A stretch of DNA of 64,000 bases from Spirochaetota bacterium (GTDB taxonomy: Bacteria > Spirochaetota > Spirochaetia > Treponematales > Treponemataceae). Of this stretch, positions 18,045-25,798 are shown in pieces. The position numbers were made by a program, and so were the translations under genes. Where the stretch lies: assembly GCA_023438065.1 (NCBI GenBank), contig JAEXRH010000014.1, positions 22,959-86,958 on the forward strand. Reading direction: 5' to 3'. The notes beneath the pieces are model-generated. The model saw only the letters and a list, made by a program, of their open reading frames with translations, searched no databases and was not told where the DNA came from. How positions within the stretch are numbered: position 1 is the first letter of the stretch; every line of letters starts with the position of its first letter.

Positions 18045-19091
18045 ATGCCAAAACAAAAGAAGGGAGGCCCTGGCGAGGCGTCTCCCGAAAAGCAGATATA
18101 CGATCTCAAACAGCTCCTTGAAATCTCGAAAAGCCTCAATTCGGTCATAGACTTCTCGACCCTTATCGAAGCCATTCTCTATACCTGCATGGGTCAGATG
18201 AAAACCCTCGGCGTCGCCATCTTCACGAAAAAGAACTTTGACGCGTCCTGCTTTCAGTTGAACAGGAATTTTTACGGATTCGAGCTCCAGAACGAATTCG
18301 AGTATTCCATCCCCGAAGACCATCAGCTGGTGAAATTCATCTCGCAGCGGAACGCCTGCATCACCGTCGAGGACATCAGGACGAGCGGCATCCCGATCGA
18401 TCGGTCCATCGAGGGCCTGATCGCGCTCGAACCGACCCTCATCGTCCCGCTCAAGGCGAAAAACCACGTTTCGGGCCTTCTCGTACTCGGCGAGCAGATC
18501 ACGGCGGAACCGTACTCGGAATACGAAAAAGAGCACATCATGAATATCGCCTCCCTCGCCGCGATCGCCATCAGCAATGCCGCGCTCCTCGAGATGACGA
18601 CGACCGACATGATGACGCACCTCAAGCTCAAGCATTACTTCTACACCGTGCTCATCGAGAAACTCGAGCTCAGCGAGTCGCAGCAACTGCCGCTTTCGGT
18701 CCTGATGCTCGACATCGATTTTTTCAAGCGCTTCAACGACACCTACGGCCATGCCTGCGGCGACGTCGTTCTTCAGATGGTCGCGTCGGTGGTCCAGCAA
18801 AACACCCGCAACCAGGACATGGCGGCGCGCTACGGCGGCGAGGAATTCGTGATCATGCTCTGCGACACGAACGCCCAGACGGCGGTCAAGATCGCCGAGC
18901 GCATCCGCACCTCGATCGAGAATCTCGACATCCTCTACGACGGCCAGCATCTCAACCTGACGATATCGGTCGGCGTGGCGGAATACCGGCCCGGAGCGGA
19001 TCAGAACGCGAGAGCTCTCGTCGACCGGGCGGACAAAGCCCTTTACGTCTCGAAGCAATCGGGGCGAAACAAGGTATCCCTTTCGGAATAG
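18045..19091 (+). CDS. GAF domain-containing diguanylate cyclase (348 aa)
   Basis: C-terminal GGDEF domain (DIDFFKRFNDTYGHACGD, RNQDMAARYGGEEF with I-site, ALYVSKQSGRNKV). The N-terminal roughly 170 aa are GAF-like. Confidence 0.9.
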   Translation: MPKQKKGGPGEASPEKQIYDLKQLLEISKSLNSVIDFSTLIEAILYTCMGQMKTLGVAIFTKKNFDASCFQLNRNFYGFELQNEFEYSIPEDHQLVKFISQRNACITVEDIRTSGIPIDRSIEGLIALEPTLIVPLKAKNHVSGLLVLGEQITAEPYSEYEKEHIMNIASLAAIAISNAALLEMTTTDMMTHLKLKHYFYTVLIEKLELSESQQLPLSVLMLDIDFFKRFNDTYGHACGDVVLQMVASVVQQNTRNQDMAARYGGEEFVIMLCDTNAQTAVKIAERIRTSIENLDILYDGQHLNLTISVGVAEYRPGADQNARALVDRADKALYVSKQSGRNKVSLSE

Positions 19092-19168
19092 GGCCCGATC
19101 CGTTAAAAACGCGGTGAATCGGCGAAAACGTACTTGCCCCAATAAAGCCTTACTGCTACCTTTCTTCC

Positions 19169-19807
19169 ATGAGCCTCAAGAACCTGGTCCGCATGCCCTT
19201 CCGGTACGAATTCTGGAACGCCGCCTTCATTCTCATCGGCGTCAACCTGCTCTTTTTTCTTCTCAATTACGCGTTGCCGAACTCCGCCGCGTACCTCGCG
19301 CTCAACCCCGTCCTCGCGACGCGCGGGGGAATGTTCTGGCAGGTCTTCACGTATCAATTCGTCCATGGGGGGATGTCGCATCTTCTCTCGAACATGATCG
19401 GACTCTTTTTCTTCGGCGTCGCGGTCGAACGGCGCGTCGGATCGAAGGAGTTTCTCCTCCTTTATCTCCTGTCGGGAACGCTGTGCGGAGCCCTTTCCCT
19501 TGCCGTCTACCTCGCCACCGGCGCCGAGTCCGTCTTCCTCATGGGAGCCTCGGGAGCGGTCTTCGCGATCCTGCTCGCCTACGCGATCCTGTATCCGGAC
19601 TCGGTCGTCTATATCTGGGCGATCATCCCGATCCCGGCGCCGCTTCTCGTGATCGGTTACGCGGCGATCGAAACCCTCTATCTCGTGACCGGGACGAACC
19701 GGGGCGTGGCCCACGGCACCCACCTGATCGGCTTCGGCGTCTGCTGGCTCTATTTTTATGTCAGGTTCGGGATCAATCCGTACCGGGTATGGTTCAAGCG
19801 CCGATGA
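19169..19807 (+). CDS. Rhomboid family intramembrane serine protease (212 aa)
   Basis: Six TM helices. HLLSNM motif, catalytic GASGAVFAIL, and a downstream His (GVAHGTHLIGF). Confidence 0.88.
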   Translation: MSLKNLVRMPFRYEFWNAAFILIGVNLLFFLLNYALPNSAAYLALNPVLATRGGMFWQVFTYQFVHGGMSHLLSNMIGLFFFGVAVERRVGSKEFLLLYLLSGTLCGALSLAVYLATGAESVFLMGASGAVFAILLAYAILYPDSVVYIWAIIPIPAPLLVIGYAAIETLYLVTGTNRGVAHGTHLIGFGVCWLYFYVRFGINPYRVWFKRR

Positions 19808-20508
19808 GGGCCTTCCGCGCCCTCGCGTTCGGCGCATGCATCCTCATCGCGGCGCTGCAGGCGTCCGCAGAAGCGCCGCGCGTCGTACGGGTTCCGATAT
19901 GGGTCTTTCTCGAAGCCTATCCCGCTACGGGCTTTGATGGCGGGGGAGCGGACAGCGCCCCGGCCGGCGACGAACGCCCGGCAAGACTCCCTCCCGCCGA
20001 GGATCTCCGCTCGGTCGCGCGATTCGTGCTCGGGGGAATGGTATTCGGCTGGCGTTTCGAGTACGTCCCGAGTGACCGTACCCGGCGGGTCGATGAGGTC
20101 TTTACCCTCGAGCCGATCGCGGAGATTCGCGACGACGATCCCCGATTTTCCCTTTCCGGCGTCGATCCCGACTATCCGCGCGTTTCCGCCTGGGCGGACT
20201 TTCTCATGGACGATACGACCGCGCGCCGTTCGCTGTACTGGAAATCGGTGCAGTTCAGATCCGCCGACGGACGCGGCTACGGGGCCCTGGAGCGCGACAG
20301 CGCCGGGATCAGGGACGCCTACGCGGACGCCGTGCGGGTCGCGGTGCGCTCGTACGCGAGGAAACTCGAGAAAAACAAGCCGAAGGAAATCCGCGGCGAA
20401 GTCCTGCTCCGCGAAAATCCGCGCCTCTTCACCGACGAGGGCCGTTTCGTCGCGGACATCACCGTCCTCGTCAATATCCAGGAAATAGTCCCTTACGCGC
20501 TCTACTGA
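19804..20508 (+). CDS. Secreted or anchored hypothetical protein (234 aa)
   Basis: The ATG at 19804 overlaps the rhomboid stop (ATGA). Signal-like N-terminus MRAFRALAFGACILIAALQASAEAP. The ORF track extends the frame spuriously back to 19114. Confidence 0.6.
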   Translation: MRAFRALAFGACILIAALQASAEAPRVVRVPIWVFLEAYPATGFDGGGADSAPAGDERPARLPPAEDLRSVARFVLGGMVFGWRFEYVPSDRTRRVDEVFTLEPIAEIRDDDPRFSLSGVDPDYPRVSAWADFLMDDTTARRSLYWKSVQFRSADGRGYGALERDSAGIRDAYADAVRVAVRSYARKLEKNKPKEIRGEVLLRENPRLFTDEGRFVADITVLVNIQEIVPYALY

Positions 20509-22190
20509 TCGTCCGGAAACCTGATCGTTATCTCGGAGCCGGAGGAGCCGCTCTTCAGGGACAGGGACCCGCGGATCTGGACGACGAGCGCCTCGACCAT
20601 CTCGAAGCCCATCGTATCCTTCGAGGCGCCATCGCTCTCGAAACCGATACCGTCGTCGGCGAGGGTCAGCCGTATCAGCGAGGGCGTTTCGCGGGCGAAC
20701 GAGACGCGTATGGAACCGCCCGCGCCCCCCGGGAACGCGTGCAGAATGCTGTTCGAGACGAGCTCGTTCAGGATCAGCGCGAGCGGCAAGGCTTTCTCAA
20801 TCGGAAGCGCGACGTCGATCCCCGAGACGGAACAGGACACGTCGGTACCCACGTCTGAGTAGAGCGAGACGAGATAGTCGCACAGCCCCGTGCAGTAGCG
20901 GAGCATCTGGACCCGCTGGACGTCGGAATAGCGATAGATGGTCTCGTACACGAGGGCAAGGGCCATCACGCGGGAATGCGTGGTCGTGAGCGCGCGGCGT
21001 ACCCCGTCGTCGGATGCGTGCCCGATCTGCAGGTTGACCATGCTCGAAAGAAGTTGAAGATTGTCCGATACCCGTTTCTGGAGTTCCTGGAGGAGCTGCT
21101 CCTTCTCGGCGAGGGTGCGCTCGTTGCTCGCGTTCCGTTCCTCGAGCGCCGAGGCCATTTTGTTGAACGATGCGGCAAGCTCGGTGATCTCGTCCGGCGC
21201 CGAGTCCAGCTCGGAACGAATGCTCAGGTTTCCGTCCGCGAGAGCGGCGGTATACTCGGTAAGCCGCTCGATGCGCGCGACGACGAGACGCCGCGCGAGC
21301 CTGATCGAAAGGAAAAAAGCGGCCAGGCAGGAGCCAAGCATGAAAAGAAGGATGCGCAAAACCGGCGTATAGGCCTCGGCGAGCATCCTGTCATAGGGCA
21401 TCCTGACGGAGATATGGATGGAAAGCCCGTTCGCGCTCACGATCCCCGTTGAAACGAGATACGGCACCCCGGAAACGGCGAGCTTTCGCGCGGAGGCCGA
21501 GGGCATCATGAGCGAACGCCGGAAAAGATCCTCGGAAACCCGCTGCCCCAAGGCAGCGCCAGGTTCGTCGGAACTCGCAAAAAGTCTCATCCCGTAATAG
21601 TCGAAGATCTCGAGTATGGTTCCCTGGGGAAGGCGATCGAGCGAAAGTTCCCGGGTGTACTTGCTCAGGCTGAACGCGCAGACGAGATACAGGGATGCGC
21701 CCGAATCGAGCTTGACGGGAAGGGTAAAGGTGATCGCGTGTTCGCCGGTGGAACGGCTCACGATATACTGCCCCGGCGTAAAGAGGCCGGTCTCCTTGGC
21801 GTATTGGAAATACGGCCTGTCCGCGAGGGTGTACCCGATCTTGTCCACGCCGGAGGCGACGACGAGGCCACGCTCGTCGGCGGCGAGAAGAACCGCGTAA
21901 TCGGGATACACGCGCATCAGGTCCTGCAGGTACCGGTTCAACGCGGGGTAATCGGCTTCCTGAACCGCCCTCGTTTGGGATATGGCGACGAGCATCTCTT
22001 CCGCGTTTCGAACGATGAGCCGCTGTTCGTTGGTAAAGCCGTCGCAAAGGTTCGTGATCTGGGTAATGTTTTCGTTTATATAGGATCTTTGGAAAAACAG
22101 CGCGGAATATACCGCTATTGCGACGACGGGAATGACCGCCACGAGCACGACAAGGAAGAACTTCGTCCTGATTTTAACCTTTTCTCGCAC
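20502..22190 (-). CDS. HisKA_2/HWE-type sensor kinase-like protein (periplasmic Cache-like domain, HAMP, HATPase_c) with a non-canonical H-box (562 aa)
   Basis: Two TM helices flank a periplasmic domain of about 250 aa. HAMP-like IERLTEYTAALADGNLSIR. N-box NELVSNSILHAF, then DDGIGF and GFEMVEAL. The H-box position reads ELQKRVSDNLQ where EIHHRVKNNLQ is expected. Confidence 0.8.
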   Translation of the reverse strand: MREKVKIRTKFFLVVLVAVIPVVAIAVYSALFFQRSYINENITQITNLCDGFTNEQRLIVRNAEEMLVAISQTRAVQEADYPALNRYLQDLMRVYPDYAVLLAADERGLVVASGVDKIGYTLADRPYFQYAKETGLFTPGQYIVSRSTGEHAITFTLPVKLDSGASLYLVCAFSLSKYTRELSLDRLPQGTILEIFDYYGMRLFASSDEPGAALGQRVSEDLFRRSLMMPSASARKLAVSGVPYLVSTGIVSANGLSIHISVRMPYDRMLAEAYTPVLRILLFMLGSCLAAFFLSIRLARRLVVARIERLTEYTAALADGNLSIRSELDSAPDEITELAASFNKMASALEERNASNERTLAEKEQLLQELQKRVSDNLQLLSSMVNLQIGHASDDGVRRALTTTHSRVMALALVYETIYRYSDVQRVQMLRYCTGLCDYLVSLYSDVGTDVSCSVSGIDVALPIEKALPLALILNELVSNSILHAFPGGAGGSIRVSFARETPSLIRLTLADDGIGFESDGASKDTMGFEMVEALVVQIRGSLSLKSGSSGSEITIRFPDDQ

Positions 22191-22250
22191 CCTTTACTGC
22201 ACTCCGCCGAAAATGGTATAAATATACGCATATTTTAACAGGAGTAAGTC

Positions 22251-23807
22251 ATGGATGTACAGTCAATAGTGAAAAATCTGCATCCGCTCGAGATACGCGT
22301 CCTTCGCGCGTTCGCGCCCGGGACGGAGCTCACCTCGGAACGGCTTGAAAAGGAACTCGACTACAAGCCGGGCCACGCGAACCAGGCGTTTTCCTGGCTT
22401 GGCGGCAAGGGTCTCGTCACCGAGGTCCGGCGGGAAGCCAATACCTTTTTCGAAATCACCGAGCTTGGCCGCGCGTTCGCGAAAGCGGGAACACCCGACG
22501 AGCGCATCCTCACCCTCCTGAAGGACAAGGGACCGCACACCCTCCCCGAGATCGCCGAGGCCCTCGGCCTCGAGCAGAAGGACGTCGGTTCCGCGTTCGG
22601 AAGCCTCTCGAAAGAAGGCGCCGTTCGCATGGACGAATCGAAGAAAGCCGCCTTCGTCGAGATGCCGAAGGACAAGCGGCACGCGATCACCGTCGCGCTC
22701 ATCCGCCTCGCCTCGGAGTCCCCCTCGGGCTCGCTCGACCAGAAAACCCTCACCCCCGACGAGGTCGCCGTCATGGGCACGCTCGCCAAGAAACGCGGCT
22801 CGGCCGACTCCCCGTTCCGCGTCGTCGAGCGCGAGACCGTGGTATACAGCCTCGCAAGCGAGGCCATTGAGGTGAAGAAAGCCCTCGACGCCGCGGGCAT
22901 CACCGGCGAGGAGATCGGATCGATCACCCCCGCGATGCTCAAGTCCGGCGAGTGGAAAAACGGGACCTTCCGCGGCTACAACATCGCGATCCCCCCCGCG
23001 CGAATCATCCCCGGCCGCACGAATCCCTACGTGAGCTTTCTCGAGAGCGTGAAGGACAAGCTTTGCTCGCTCGGCTTCGAGGAGTTCGACGGTCCGCTCG
23101 TCGAAACCGAGTTCTGGAACTCGGACGCGCTTTTCATGCCGCAGTTCCACGCGGCGCGCGACATCCACGACGCGTACTACGTGAAAAACCCGACCCACGC
23201 GAAGTCGATCGAGGAGCCCTGGCTCTCGAACGTCGCGGCCGCGCACCAGAACGGCGGCAACACCGGCAGCCGCGGATGGAACTATAATTTCGACCGCGAC
23301 TTCACCCGCCGCCTCATCCTCCGGAGCCAGGGCACCGCGCTCTCCGCGCACCAGCTCCACAAGGCGAAGATCCCCGGCAAGTACTTCGGCATCGCGCGCT
23401 GCTTCCGCTACGACAAGGTCGACGCGACCCACCTTTCCGACTTCTACCAGACCGAGGGCATCGTCCTCGGCGACGAGGTGAACCTCAAGACCCTCCTCGG
23501 CTTCCTCGAGATGTTCGCGGTCGAGATCGCGGGCGCCACCGACGTGAAGTACGTCCCCGGCTACTTCCCCTTCACCGAGCCCTCGATCGAGGTGCACATC
23601 AAGCACCCGGTCCTCGGCTGGTTCGAGCTCGGCGGCTCGGGCATCTTCCGCCCCGAGGTGACGCGCGCGATGGGAATCGACGTCCCGGTCCTCGCGTGGG
23701 GCATCGGCATCGACCGCATGGCCCTCATGGCGCTCGGCCTCAACGACCTCCGCGAGCTCTTCTCGGGCGACATCGAAGGCGTGCGTCTCCGGAAGGCCAA
23801 GTACTGA
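22251..23807 (+). CDS. pheS: Phenylalanine--tRNA ligase alpha subunit, archaeal/eukaryal type (518 aa)
   Basis: Long N-terminal winged-helix repeats plus a class II core (FRYDKVDATHLSDFYQTEGIV, YFPFTEPSIEVH, ELGGSGIFRPEV, LAWGIGIDRMAL). Length and motifs fit the archaeal type, not the roughly 340-aa bacterial type. Confidence 0.93.
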   Translation: MDVQSIVKNLHPLEIRVLRAFAPGTELTSERLEKELDYKPGHANQAFSWLGGKGLVTEVRREANTFFEITELGRAFAKAGTPDERILTLLKDKGPHTLPEIAEALGLEQKDVGSAFGSLSKEGAVRMDESKKAAFVEMPKDKRHAITVALIRLASESPSGSLDQKTLTPDEVAVMGTLAKKRGSADSPFRVVERETVVYSLASEAIEVKKALDAAGITGEEIGSITPAMLKSGEWKNGTFRGYNIAIPPARIIPGRTNPYVSFLESVKDKLCSLGFEEFDGPLVETEFWNSDALFMPQFHAARDIHDAYYVKNPTHAKSIEEPWLSNVAAAHQNGGNTGSRGWNYNFDRDFTRRLILRSQGTALSAHQLHKAKIPGKYFGIARCFRYDKVDATHLSDFYQTEGIVLGDEVNLKTLLGFLEMFAVEIAGATDVKYVPGYFPFTEPSIEVHIKHPVLGWFELGGSGIFRPEVTRAMGIDVPVLAWGIGIDRMALMALGLNDLRELFSGDIEGVRLRKAKY

Positions 23808-23979
23808 GCTTTCACGCCAGGCGACTGGCTTACCGTTGATCTCCGGCATCCGGTGGACGCCGGGGAAACGCGTTCCCGCGGAGCTTTGGAGCCCGCGAGG
23901 GCGACAGCGGAGCGGGGACCGTTTCCCCGAAGCTGGCACCGCCGGATGCCGGAACATAACGGAAACTAAGGAGCGATAG
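23808..23979 (+). promoter_or_regulatory. Structured intercistronic RNA element between pheS and pheT (putative)
   Basis: 172-nt non-coding spacer. Positions 23843-23856 pair with 23939-23952 (14 bp including one G-U). This helix encloses at least two local hairpins (23877-23897 and 23913-23929). The AAGGAG SD of pheT follows at 23968-23973. Confidence 0.4.
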
Positions 23980-25710
23980 ATGCCGAAAATCGAAGTAAAC
24001 GAGAAACTCTTCTTCAGCCTCCTCGGCGAAAAATACGACTACGCGAAGCTCGAGGAGCGCCTTACCTGCGGGAAGGCCGAGCTCGACGAGAAACCCGACG
24101 CCTCGCTTCCCGAGGCCGAGCGCACGATCAAGATCGAGCTCAACGACACGAACCGGCCCGACCTCTGGTCGACCGCCGGCGTCGCGCGCCAGCTCAGGCT
24201 CCACGCGCACGGCGCGGCGAAAAAGGGCCATTACGGGGATTTCTTCTCGCGCGAAGGAAAGGCGATGGACTCAGGTAGCCGCGTCGTCAAGGTCGATCCC
24301 GCGCTCAAGGATATCCGCCCCTTCATGACGGCCTTCGTCATATCGGGAAAGCCGATCGACGAGCCGATGCTCCTCGACATCATCCAGACGCAGGAAAAGC
24401 TCTGCTGGAACTACGGCCGCAAGCGCCGCTCGATCTCGATGGGCGTGTACCGCTCCGCGAACATCGCGTGGCCTATCGACTACAAGGCCGTCGACCCCGA
24501 CAAGACGAGTTTCGTCCCGCTCGCGTGCGACGCGCCGATGACCTGCCGCCAGATCCTTACCGAGCATCCGAAAGGGAAGGAATACGGCTGGATCCTCAAG
24601 GACGCGAAGGCCTTCCCCCTCCTCGTCGACGCGAAAAACGAGGTCCTGTCGATGGCCCCGATCATCAACAGCGCGACCCTCGGCGCGGTCAAGGTCGGCG
24701 ACTCCGACCTCCTCGTCGAGATGACCGGAACCGACATGCCCTCGCTCGTCCTCGCGACGAGCATCGTCGCCTGCGATTTCGCGGACGCGGGTTACCGGAT
24801 CCTCCCGGTAAAGGTCGAGCATCCCTACGAAACCGGACTCGGAAAGTCGGTCACGACCCCGTACTATTTCCAGAAGTCGACGAGCACGACGATCGCCGCG
24901 ATCAACCGCCTCCTCGGGGCCGAGCTCTCCGGCGGCGAGATCCGCGACGCGCTCGAGCGGATGGGAAGCGAGGTCGAGACCTCGGGAGACACCGTCACCG
25001 TCTATCCCGCGGAGTACCGGAACGACTTCCTCCACGAGGTCGACATCATCGAGGACGTCATGATGGGAAAGGAGATTTCCTTCTTCAAGCCCGCGAAGCC
25101 GCGCGACTTCACGATCGGCCGGCTCACCCCCCTCACGCTCTTCAGCCGGAAGGCGAAGAGCCTCATGGTGGGCCTCGGCTACCAGGAGATGATCTTCAAC
25201 TATCTCGGTTCCGGGAAGGACTTCATCGAGCGGATGAACATCGCCGACGCGAAAGAGGGAGAGAAGGTAATCGAGATCTCGAATCCCATGACCGAGAACT
25301 ACCAGTTCGTCAGGCCCTCGATCCTCCCGAGCCTCCTCGCCGCCGAGGCGCCCTCGGGGAACGCGGTCTATCCGCACAGGATCTTCGAGATCGGTAAGGT
25401 CGCCTATCTCGAGGAAAGCGAGGTCACCGGCACGCAAACGAGGCAGCACCTCGGCTTCCTCATGGCCTCGAGCGACGCGAACTTCAACGAGGCGGCGAGC
25501 CAGGTCGCGAGCCTTCTCTATTATCTTGACCACGAGTACAAGGTTTCCGAGTCCGACGACCCGCGCTTCATCCACGGCCGCCAGGCCGCGGTCATCGTGA
25601 AGGGAAAGACCGTCGGCGTGTTCGGCGAGATCCATCCCCGGGTCCTCGAGAACTGGACGATCGGCACGCCCTGCGTCGCCGGCGAGATCGACCTCGAGGA
25701 ACTCATGTAG
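23980..25710 (+). CDS. pheT: Phenylalanine--tRNA ligase beta subunit, archaeal type (576 aa)
   Basis: MPKIEVNEKLFFSLLG start, B3/4 and B5-like regions. The length of about 575 aa is typical of archaeal PheT, whereas bacterial PheT is about 800 aa. Lies directly downstream of pheS. Confidence 0.9.
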   Translation: MPKIEVNEKLFFSLLGEKYDYAKLEERLTCGKAELDEKPDASLPEAERTIKIELNDTNRPDLWSTAGVARQLRLHAHGAAKKGHYGDFFSREGKAMDSGSRVVKVDPALKDIRPFMTAFVISGKPIDEPMLLDIIQTQEKLCWNYGRKRRSISMGVYRSANIAWPIDYKAVDPDKTSFVPLACDAPMTCRQILTEHPKGKEYGWILKDAKAFPLLVDAKNEVLSMAPIINSATLGAVKVGDSDLLVEMTGTDMPSLVLATSIVACDFADAGYRILPVKVEHPYETGLGKSVTTPYYFQKSTSTTIAAINRLLGAELSGGEIRDALERMGSEVETSGDTVTVYPAEYRNDFLHEVDIIEDVMMGKEISFFKPAKPRDFTIGRLTPLTLFSRKAKSLMVGLGYQEMIFNYLGSGKDFIERMNIADAKEGEKVIEISNPMTENYQFVRPSILPSLLAAEAPSGNAVYPHRIFEIGKVAYLEESEVTGTQTRQHLGFLMASSDANFNEAASQVASLLYYLDHEYKVSESDDPRFIHGRQAAVIVKGKTVGVFGEIHPRVLENWTIGTPCVAGEIDLEELM

Positions 25711-25720
25711 GCAGCAATAA

Positions 25721-25752
25721 AAAAGCCCTTGCTTATCGCAAGGGCTTTTTTT
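25721..25752. terminator. Bidirectional intrinsic terminator (A-run, 8-bp GC stem, T-run)
   Basis: GCCCTTGC (25725-25732) pairs with GCAAGGGC (25738-25745). It is flanked by A-rich sequence (25718-25724) and by T7 (25746-25752). It sits between the convergent pheT and lipoprotein genes. Confidence 0.8.
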
Positions 25753-25798
25753 AGAACAATGGCGGTATGATAACCGGCAATGCCTGTCTCGCAAACTA

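Noticed and set aside
16536-19142. 868-aa minus-strand ORF
   Set aside because: It is antisense to the 546-aa hypothetical gene and the GAF-GGDEF gene. The GGDEF motifs on the plus strand fix the true frame. The composition is Arg/Asp/Glu/Leu-rich and there are no motifs.
19114-19803. 5' extension of the ORF 19114-20508, which overlaps the rhomboid gene
   Set aside because: The rhomboid TM and catalytic motifs define the other frame. The real downstream gene most plausibly starts at the ATG at 19804, which overlaps the rhomboid stop.
22263-25794. 564-aa and 507-aa minus-strand ORFs antisense to pheS and pheT
   Set aside because: The class II synthetase motifs lie on the plus strand. The antisense products are Glu/Arg/Gly/Asp-rich low-complexity sequence.
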